Origin: Candidatus Cloacimonadota bacterium
GTDB taxonomy: Bacteria > Cloacimonadota > Cloacimonadia > Cloacimonadales > WRIO01
Assembly (NCBI GenBank): GCA_029564175.1
Contig: JAKQQL010000281.1
Location: 1-19,080, forward strand
Length of the DNA stretch: 19,080 nt
Direction of reading: 5' to 3'
The translations under genes were made by a program, and so were the position numbers. Positions 7,794-14,451 of the stretch are shown piece after piece. Position 1 is the stretch's first letter. The number at the start of each line of letters is the position of its first letter. The notes under the pieces are model-generated. The model saw only the letters and a list, made by a program, of their open reading frames with translations. It was not told where the DNA came from and did not search any database.

Positions 7794-8498
7794 TTACCTA
7801 CTAAAACAATCGTTGTTATCAATGATTTGCTTGACAAATAATTCTGAAATATTTTGTTTGTCAATCTTGTATATGAATCCAGGAACCAATAGTTTCTGTT
7901 CTAAAAGGCATTTTGGCATTGCCTCGTTTGCTCTGAGCAAAATATCTTTAGTAGAAGTAAAAGTTATAAGGTCGTCAAAAATAGACACATATAAAGGTCG
8001 TTTCCCATTTCTGAAAGCAAACAATCCTTTTTCAACATCTAAAAATCCTCCTGCAACACTTGCTTCATTTGAGAAGAATGGATTAAAATTTTTCTTCATT
8101 TCATGAAAAAGAATTTCTGAATCATTTTTTGTTTTAAAATCAAATTTATAAATATCGTTCCAAAAAGACGGGTCTTTCTGTGTTATTATTCCATTATGAA
8201 CAAGAGAAGAATTTGAATCAAATATTGGTTGAGGATATTTTATATCTGATGTTGAATATCTTGTATGACCTATCAATTTAAAATTTTCAATTCCATCAAC
8301 TTCAGAAAAATCAAATTCATCCATGACTTCATCAGCTGGTTTATTGAAATGAAATGATTTCAATTTTTCATTTTTATCAATAAATGAAAACCCTGTTGAA
8401 TGAAGTCCTCTTATTTTACTTTGGACAAAAATTTCTTTTAGAAAGGATATTTTCAATTTGTCCATTTTGTTTGTGTTAAATATTAAAACTGAACACAT
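7794..8498 (-). CDS. Class II glutamine amidotransferase / Ntn hydrolase (stand-alone)
   Basis: N-terminal Cys2 nucleophile, RGLHSTG, GHTRYST, HNGII, NDSE, RNGKRPL. Confidence 0.9.
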   Translation of the reverse strand: MCSVLIFNTNKMDKLKISFLKEIFVQSKIRGLHSTGFSFIDKNEKLKSFHFNKPADEVMDEFDFSEVDGIENFKLIGHTRYSTSDIKYPQPIFDSNSSLVHNGIITQKDPSFWNDIYKFDFKTKNDSEILFHEMKKNFNPFFSNEASVAGGFLDVEKGLFAFRNGKRPLYVSIFDDLITFTSTKDILLRANEAMPKCLLEQKLLVPGFIYKIDKQNISELFVKQIIDNNDCFSR

Positions 8499-9019
8499 TA
8501 AATTAATTCCTCAAATAATTCAACAACACTTCCTTTCATTTTGCTCGGAGAAATTGATTTCTTTATCAATTCATTTTCTCTATCATAAATGCCGTTTTTA
8601 ATGTTTTCATCATTGATTTTAAAAATGGAAAAGAAACAACCACTTTTTTGTTTGCCCCAAAATTTAAACCCAATTTTTTGATAAAAACAAAGAGCTTCTG
8701 GTTCTGATGAAACTCTAAAATATTTAGCATCATTTTTGATTGCTTCTTTGAAAGAATATTCTGTCAAAATCTTTCCAACACTTTTTCCTCTGTGTTTGAA
8801 AAATGTGTGAAGAAGTTGTAAGTTGGCAACAGTTGGTTTTCTTTTTGAAAGAGTTACAAGAATTGCTCCCAAAAGTTCTGAACCATCCCATAATCCTATA
8901 ACATTATCCCATCTATTTAACATATCACATTTACTTATAAATGTTCCTGCAAATTTGTCATTCTTTCTATCTGTAAAAAAATTTACATATTCTTCTCTTT
9001 TAACTTTTTTTATTTCCAT
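8498..9019 (-). CDS. GNAT-family acetyltransferase
   Basis: Motif A HTFFKHRGKSVGK and motif B ALCFYQKIGF. Start reassigned to ATG 9019 after GAGGA. Confidence 0.85.
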   Translation of the reverse strand: MEIKKVKREEYVNFFTDRKNDKFAGTFISKCDMLNRWDNVIGLWDGSELLGAILVTLSKRKPTVANLQLLHTFFKHRGKSVGKILTEYSFKEAIKNDAKYFRVSSEPEALCFYQKIGFKFWGKQKSGCFFSIFKINDENIKNGIYDRENELIKKSISPSKMKGSVVELFEELI

Positions 9020-9026
9020 TGTATCC

Positions 9027-9962
9027 TCAAAATATATTTTCTGAATCAATATTTTTTATCAATTCTTCCATTTTTGGTAATTTTTTAGGAACATAATCCA
9101 AATCAACAAATTCTCTTTTTTTGGTTCCTCTTTCCTTGGGATATTTTGTTTTTACCCATCCTTCATACAGTTCTGAATTCCAAACAAATTTTGGAAAATT
9201 AAAAGTATTCTTTTTAAAGATTTCTTCAACTGAATCACCATCGTTCAATGCTGAATCCATAAACATCTCAACAAATCTAAAAGAATCTTCAATTTCATTT
9301 CTATCAATTGAAGACCTGAACAATCTAAATTCAATTGTTCCAATATGTTTCAAATTGTATGTATTTATTGCATATCTGAACGGTCTTCCCAGTGAAACAC
9401 CATCTTTACCTGCACAATGCATTCTTATAAAGTCACTAAAATTTTCTGTCTTGTTTAAAATGTTATCAATCATATATTCTGGCATTCTCCTGCCACCATC
9501 ATACTTTAAATATGATGTTCCTCTCATTTTTGTTATTTCATCATTATGTTGATAATTATAACATTTTTCAATTGATATATCTTGATTCAACATTATATAC
9601 TTCATCAATTTTTTGAGAGCAGAAATATTATCTTTTAATCCAGGAATAAAAATATGAATGTGTCCATGACTTACACAAGAAGCTGAAGGATTATTTCCTT
9701 TTTCAAGAAAAATGTCTTTTATTTTCATAATCAAATCAACTTGTTCCTGCCATGTTTTTGTTGGCATTGTATTGATTTCACCACCCATGAATGGTTCAAT
9801 TCCAAGTGGGTCACATGCAATACCTTTATATTCACCATACATGTTTACAATATCTGTTTCACAATATTCCCATTTACCAAGTTCTTTTGGAATTTCTATT
9901 CTTCTATCAACATCTCCCCATTCTATCTCATAACCATAAGTAAAAGTTTTTTTATCAAACAT
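9027..9962 (-). CDS. Putative amidoligase (COOH-NH2 ligase, glutamine synthetase/glutamate-cysteine ligase-like fold)
   Basis: TYGYEIE (ExE), GGEINT.P, HGHIHI, RYAIN, TIEFR. Confidence 0.85.
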   Translation of the reverse strand: MFDKKTFTYGYEIEWGDVDRRIEIPKELGKWEYCETDIVNMYGEYKGIACDPLGIEPFMGGEINTMPTKTWQEQVDLIMKIKDIFLEKGNNPSASCVSHGHIHIFIPGLKDNISALKKLMKYIMLNQDISIEKCYNYQHNDEITKMRGTSYLKYDGGRRMPEYMIDNILNKTENFSDFIRMHCAGKDGVSLGRPFRYAINTYNLKHIGTIEFRLFRSSIDRNEIEDSFRFVEMFMDSALNDGDSVEEIFKKNTFNFPKFVWNSELYEGWVKTKYPKERGTKKREFVDLDYVPKKLPKMEELIKNIDSENIF

Positions 9963-9973
9963 GAGTTACCTCT

Positions 9974-10717
9974 CTAAAATAAATTTAATGAATCAGAATA
10001 TCCACTATCCTTTTCTTCCCAATTTTCAAACCTATTCAATTTTGAAAAATCATTTTCTTTTGAATATTCAATAAATCTTTCTTTCAAATTTTTATCAAAA
10101 ATGTCAAGAAATAATTCTCCTGTTTTTGTTATTGGTTCATCATAAGATAACAAAATATTTTCAACTTTAAAATCTCTGATATATCTAAAATATTCTCCTA
10201 CTTTTTCATGTGCTCTTAAAAATGCTCTATTTTTACCCCACATGGCAGTTCCTGCTGGCTTGCCACTTCTTATAACAATTCTTTTCTGATACTCTTCGTG
10301 TCCTTTATCATCATGTGTATAAGAATAAATCAAAAAGAATGCTCTGTCAACATATTCCTTTGATGTTTCATAAAAATAAGGAGGTCTGAATCTGAAAGAA
10401 TCAGTGACCCCTGCACCTTCAACAAAAACATTATGATTTTTTAATCTTTCATCAATGAATTTTGTTATGTTTTCTGATGAACCAAAAATTCCTGTTGTGG
10501 AGTCTAAACCTTGAAACCTATCCAATCCATTTTTTGTATACCACTTACCAATGAATGTAGTATTGAAATCTTTGAAATGATAACCAACTACTTTTTCATC
10601 ATAAAGAACTTCTTCATATTCAAATCCCTCTGATTTGAGAAAAAGTAACATCTGGTTCAATCTTGTGCTCTTTCCTGAACCACTTGTTCCAAGATTTATA
10701 AAAATAAAATTTTTCAT
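9974..10717 (-). CDS. P-loop nucleotide kinase of the type found in base-modification clusters
   Basis: Walker A GTSGSGKST at the N-terminus, IGKW...QGLD, VFVEG; GGAGGG RBS. Confidence 0.8.
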   Translation of the reverse strand: MKNFIFINLGTSGSGKSTRLNQMLLFLKSEGFEYEEVLYDEKVVGYHFKDFNTTFIGKWYTKNGLDRFQGLDSTTGIFGSSENITKFIDERLKNHNVFVEGAGVTDSFRFRPPYFYETSKEYVDRAFFLIYSYTHDDKGHEEYQKRIVIRSGKPAGTAMWGKNRAFLRAHEKVGEYFRYIRDFKVENILLSYDEPITKTGELFLDIFDKNLKERFIEYSKENDFSKLNRFENWEEKDSGYSDSLNLF

Positions 10718-10863
10718 TTACCCTCCAAAAGTTTTATCACATCACAGATTGCCGAATAATATCCATTTTCCTCTCCAGCTTCAAATTCAGAACCATATGA
10801 TTCCTTTGTAATTGGTTTCATCTTTTTGATTTCTTCTAACAGAACTTTCTTGAACTTTTCCAT
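10714..10863 (-). CDS. 49-aa hypothetical protein; not in the ORF track
   Basis: GGAGGG RBS. MEKFKKVLLEEIKKMKPITKESYGSEFEAGEENGYYSAICDVIKLLEGK*; ATGA overlap with the kinase start. Confidence 0.7.
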   Translation of the reverse strand: MEKFKKVLLEEIKKMKPITKESYGSEFEAGEENGYYSAICDVIKLLEGK

Positions 10864-10895
10864 GACACCCTCCAAATTAATCAACAATTTTGATT

Positions 10896-10916
10896 TTATC
10901 TATTTTATTTTAAAAA
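10896..10916 (-). promoter_or_regulatory. Conserved 21-bp intergenic motif, copy 2 (heads the DNA-level modification operon)
   Basis: Exact copy of TTTTTAAAATAAAATAGATAA, 33 nt before the 10863 start. Confidence 0.65.
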
Positions 10917-10922
10917 GAAATA

Positions 10923-10994
10923 TCATTTATACCAAAATGGAGGATTTTCTTCAAGAGGACAACCAATAAACATATCATCTTTGTACTTGCTTAT
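10923..10994 (-). pseudogene. Internally deleted relic of a leader-DUF285 gene paralogous to 13820..14410
   Basis: After AAGGAG it reads (ATA)SKYKDDMFIGCPLEENPPFWYK*, matching the start xKY and the end MFKDSPLEKNPPVWYNG* of the intact gene; upstream DNA 11001-11043 resembles 14417-14456. Confidence 0.75.
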
Positions 10995-11028
10995 CTATCT
11001 CTCCTTTAGTTTAATATTCTCATCCATA

Positions 11029-11487
11029 TTATTTATTTTTAAATTTGACCCAGTCACCACCCTCAACTTTTTCTCTGCCTTCTTTGTTATTGATGAAATA
11101 AATCCAACCTTTACTACCATCTTTTGCTTCAACAACCTTCCTGTTATAAAATCTTGGATATCCTTCAAGGTCATCAAGTTTTTTGAATGTCTCATCATTG
11201 ACATAATAAAGCTCAGCAACAACAGAACCATTTCCATCTGAGATGAATGGATAAGCACCAAGTGAGAACATATCAAAGTTGTGCACAATTGTAGAGTGTG
11301 AGAACAATGACTTTTCAAGACATCTATGATTGCTCATTTCATATCTCAGTGAACCATAAACAAAAACAGGAATGACTTTCTCAATCAATCCAATTGAAAT
11401 CATTTTACCAAGAAGTTGTTCCTTTGTTGTCACTCCTTCAAGATATGCTCTGTTTTTGAGCAGGTGTCTGTTCTTGAAATTCACCAT
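11029..11487 (-). CDS. Gamma-glutamylcyclotransferase (GGCT/AIG2-like) with N-terminal extension; start uncertain
   Basis: VFVYGSLR, NH, GAYP, V.AELY.V, LDDLEGYP..YNR, WIY, GGDW. No clear RBS at 11487; the frame stays open to 11592. Confidence 0.85.
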   Translation of the reverse strand: MVNFKNRHLLKNRAYLEGVTTKEQLLGKMISIGLIEKVIPVFVYGSLRYEMSNHRCLEKSLFSHSTIVHNFDMFSLGAYPFISDGNGSVVAELYYVNDETFKKLDDLEGYPRFYNRKVVEAKDGSKGWIYFINNKEGREKVEGGDWVKFKNK

Positions 11488-11592
11488 GAATGATTCAAAG
11501 TCATCAGAATAGAAATCGGTCTCAATGAGAAAATTGATTATCTTATTTTTTGATATAAGTAAAGAAAATTTGTTAAAAACTTTTAAATAAAA

Positions 11593-12207
11593 TCAATTAC
11601 TTACAATTTTTCTTAAATCCATCATTGAAAAATGTTTTGCATATCTTTCCTTCATGTATTCGGTTATATCTTCTTGGTCTTTAAACTTTCCAAGAAGGGA
11701 AACTGCCAACTTCTCACTTTCGTGTTCAAGTATAACATATCGTTCAGACCTGAAGTCACAAAATCTGAATTCAACATCACAATTGTATTGTTCTGCAATC
11801 TCAAAAATCTTTTCTACCTCATTAACATATCTACAATCATAAGCAATAATGTCTGAATAAAGACCAGACTCTATGACTTTCTTTGCAGTCATTCCCCAAA
11901 TTTCTGCCCAAATGTCATCCCTATACATATTTCTTAGAACATCTGTCCCAAGATTTTGTAGAATCTTCCTTCCTGATGTTGAATGTATAACTTTGTCATC
12001 ATCTGTTCTTACTTCTACAGAAAATTTATCTTTAAAAGAAGCATACTCTTCGTCACTTCTTGGTTCCCAACCTAACACACCCCAGACAAAATTCCTAATT
12101 GGTTCACTGAAAGAAATATAAACAGGTGCTCTTGAATTATCATAACAAATTTTTGAATAATAGTTTTTACCAGAACCAATTACTCCAAGAAAGACAGATA
12201 TTTTCAT
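11593..12207 (-). CDS. Deoxynucleoside monophosphate kinase (T4 gp1-like)
   Basis: GVIGSGK, SFSEPIR, GRKILQNLGTD, DIW, DCRYVNE. Confidence 0.85.
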   Translation of the reverse strand: MKISVFLGVIGSGKNYYSKICYDNSRAPVYISFSEPIRNFVWGVLGWEPRSDEEYASFKDKFSVEVRTDDDKVIHSTSGRKILQNLGTDVLRNMYRDDIWAEIWGMTAKKVIESGLYSDIIAYDCRYVNEVEKIFEIAEQYNCDVEFRFCDFRSERYVILEHESEKLAVSLLGKFKDQEDITEYMKERYAKHFSMMDLRKIVSN

Positions 12208-12737
12208 AAACCAACCTCCTTTTTATATTCATACATTTCTGCTATAACTGATGGAATTCCATAACCTTCAATAATTTCTTCACATCTTTTCATTATCTCA
12301 ACTATATCATTATGATGATTTCCAAAAAGATATTCATTGACAATGAAAATCCAAAGTTCAAAAAGGTCGCATGATTTGAACAATGTGAACTGTAGTGGAG
12401 AAAGAACACTTTTCATGTGTTCATCCGTGCAGTCAGAAAATCTTGATTCCCGTTTCAACATCTCATCTTCAATCTTTTCCCATGATTTTTTTGTTGTTCT
12501 CGAATAATTCTTAACAACATAAGACAAATCACCTGTCACTGTCTCAAAGACATCATGATGAAGAACTGAGGAAAGTGCTTGAGCACTGATTTCAATTCCT
12601 TCTTTCTTTGCAAATCTCTCAAACAAAATCCCAACAAGGAATGAGTGATGAACCAAATCGTACTTCCTGATATGGAAAACACCAGAAAGTCTCTCAACAT
12701 GAAACATCCTAAGATAATCACTAATTTTTAAACACAT
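12204..12737 (-). CDS. HD-domain deoxynucleotide phosphohydrolase (YfbR-like)
   Basis: ERL..., VHHSFLV, LHHDVFETVTGD, KSCDLFE. Start reassigned to ATG 12737 after GGAGG. Confidence 0.8.
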   Translation of the reverse strand: MCLKISDYLRMFHVERLSGVFHIRKYDLVHHSFLVGILFERFAKKEGIEISAQALSSVLHHDVFETVTGDLSYVVKNYSRTTKKSWEKIEDEMLKRESRFSDCTDEHMKSVLSPLQFTLFKSCDLFELWIFIVNEYLFGNHHNDIVEIMKRCEEIIEGYGIPSVIAEMYEYKKEVGL

Positions 12738-12738
12738 A

Positions 12739-13746
12739 CTATCCTCCAAATAAATTATACAAAAACGGATTATTGAACACTGGTTTAATTTTATTTTTTA
12801 CAAGAAATATTTTCCCCCAGTCTTCAAAAAAACTATTTTTTCTGTTGTACGATAAAATAGATTTGTCTTCTCTTGTCATTTCTTCAAACTTGAAAAGTTC
12901 AACAACTTCTCTATTAAAATCATCAAATGTCATTTTGTCATCATAATAAAAACATTCATTTGTTTTGAAATCATTTTCATTATAATTTGAAATTGTTTTT
13001 ACAAGGTCAAGAAAATCATCGTAAACATGAAGATTGTTCACAAAATGATAATATTTGCCCACAGGAACATTTAACATCATAGCAACATATTCCTGCATGA
13101 AACAAAAATTGAAAACATTTACAGCACTCAATCCCCAGATTAAATCATTCGACCTCATGTATGAAGTTAGATTCAACTTACCATCAACCATCATGAACTG
13201 AAGACTTCTTGAACATGGTTGGTCTTTTGTTATTTTGAGCTCTCCATCTTTCGTGTAACAGTCTTTTACTGGGTCGTGAATAGTTATAAGAGCCTGTCTT
13301 GAATTTTTATCTTTTAGGAGTGTTTCTATAACAAATTTTAATTGGTCAACTTCACGAATGTCTTCAATGCATGAAGAACCAACCAAAGGTCTTGAACATT
13401 CATAATCTTTTGCCACTCCATTAAAAGAACGGATTCTTGAGCCATACCCAGCTCTCATGAATTTTCCATCATCTGAAAAGTTATACATATTTTTGACATA
13501 ACTTCCAGGAAGTGACATGTGATTTGTTCCAGATGCCAGCCAAAGGGATTCAACAAACCCAAGAACTTTGTTCCATTTTCTTTCTGGAATTGTGACATAT
13601 CTATCACATGGATTTTTCATTTCAATTAAAACAGGATAAGGAATTTCAATACAATCATATCCTCTTGTTTTTCTTCTGACACCTTCTTCAAGAATTTTCT
13701 TTGAGAGAACAATCAACATCTGATTTAAATTTTCAACTTTTATCAT
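12739..13746 (-). CDS. Thymidylate synthase homolog, probable dUMP hydroxymethylase
   Basis: SRQA, DQPC, MRSNDLIWGLSAVN, NLHVY. Asn at the base-specificity position indicates a dUMP, not dCMP, substrate; sits next to 5-hmdU-modifying genes. Start ATG 13746 after GGAGGG. Confidence 0.85.
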   Translation of the reverse strand: MIKVENLNQMLIVLSKKILEEGVRRKTRGYDCIEIPYPVLIEMKNPCDRYVTIPERKWNKVLGFVESLWLASGTNHMSLPGSYVKNMYNFSDDGKFMRAGYGSRIRSFNGVAKDYECSRPLVGSSCIEDIREVDQLKFVIETLLKDKNSRQALITIHDPVKDCYTKDGELKITKDQPCSRSLQFMMVDGKLNLTSYMRSNDLIWGLSAVNVFNFCFMQEYVAMMLNVPVGKYYHFVNNLHVYDDFLDLVKTISNYNENDFKTNECFYYDDKMTFDDFNREVVELFKFEEMTREDKSILSYNRKNSFFEDWGKIFLVKNKIKPVFNNPFLYNLFGG

Positions 13747-13778
13747 TCCACCCTCCAACAAATAACAAGTTTAAATCA

Positions 13779-13797
13779 TATCTATTTTATTTAAAAA
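13779..13797 (-). promoter_or_regulatory. Conserved intergenic motif, copy 3 (TTTTTAAATAAAATAGATA)
   Basis: One base shorter in the first A run than the other copies; 33 nt before the 13746 start. Confidence 0.6.
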
Positions 13798-13819
13798 GAA
13801 AATTTCAACCATATTATAA

Positions 13820-14410
13820 CTATCCATTATACCAAACTGGGGGATTCTTTTCTAATGGCGAATCTTTGAACATTCGATTCATTTCTTGAGTTGTTACACC
13901 TTTTACATCCCACTTGGAAATATCACCATTGAATTTTGAATTATAAAACATATCTTTCATGAACCAAACACTACTTACATCCCATTTGGAAATGTCCCTG
14001 TTGAACTTTGAATGTGCAAACATCTCATTCATATATCTAACAGAGGATACATTCCACTTGGAAATATCACCATTGAATTTTGATGACATGAACATTCCAT
14101 CCATTCTTACAACCTTGCTAACATTCCACTTGGATATATTACCATTGAATTCTGAATCTTCAAACATATGACTCATCATTGTTACATGACTTACATCCCA
14201 TTTTGAAATATCACCATTGAACTCTAAATCTTTAAAAATATATGACAAATCTTTTATTTTACTTATATCAATATGATTCAAATCGGCAATATTACCTTTT
14301 TGTTCTATTTCTTCTTTTATTAATGCTCTTAATTGTTTATTTGTATTTGGTTGCAAAATGTTTTCCTCAACTTTCACAATCTTGTTTTCATCAATTCTGT
14401 ACTTTATCAT
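13820..14410 (-). CDS. DUF285/BspA-like repeat protein with shared N-terminal leader (MIKYRIDENKIVKVEE)
   Basis: Five FNGDISKW(D/N)VSxVxxMxxMFxxS repeats; start ATG 14410 (or 14413) after AAGGAG. Confidence 0.9.
   Translation of the reverse strand: MIKYRIDENKIVKVEENILQPNTNKQLRALIKEEIEQKGNIADLNHIDISKIKDLSYIFKDLEFNGDISKWDVSHVTMMSHMFEDSEFNGNISKWNVSKVVRMDGMFMSSKFNGDISKWNVSSVRYMNEMFAHSKFNRDISKWDVSSVWFMKDMFYNSKFNGDISKWDVKGVTTQEMNRMFKDSPLEKNPPVWYNG
13859..14224 (-). repeat. Five tandem 72-bp (24-aa) coding repeats
   Basis: Recurring plus-strand unit acat(c/t)cca(c/t)ttggaaatatcaccattgaa at about 72-bp period; the last unit is 2 aa longer. Confidence 0.9.
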
Positions 14411-14441
14411 CATTTTCTCCTTTAGTTTTATATTCACACAT

Positions 14442-14451
14442 TTATTTATTT
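14442..14451 (-). promoter_or_regulatory. Putative late promoter AAATAAATAA
   Basis: Recurring decamer directly after the polymerase stop, 32 nt before the 14410 start. Confidence 0.5.

Noticed and set aside
12204..12737. Z-genome (2-aminoadenine) system based on a DatZ-like HD gene
   Set aside because: No PurZ-like gene is in the window and the context points to pyrimidine modification.
12739..13746. dCMP hydroxymethylase (T4 gp42-type) or ordinary ThyA
   Set aside because: Asn rather than Asp at the specificity position argues against dCMP. The WGLSAVN spacing and adjacent hmdU-modifying genes argue against plain ThyA, though this is untested.
13859..14224. CRISPR array or diversity-generating retroelement repeat
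   Set aside because: The repeats are in-frame 72-bp coding units without unique spacers; no reverse transcriptase or adenine-specific template/variable pair is visible.
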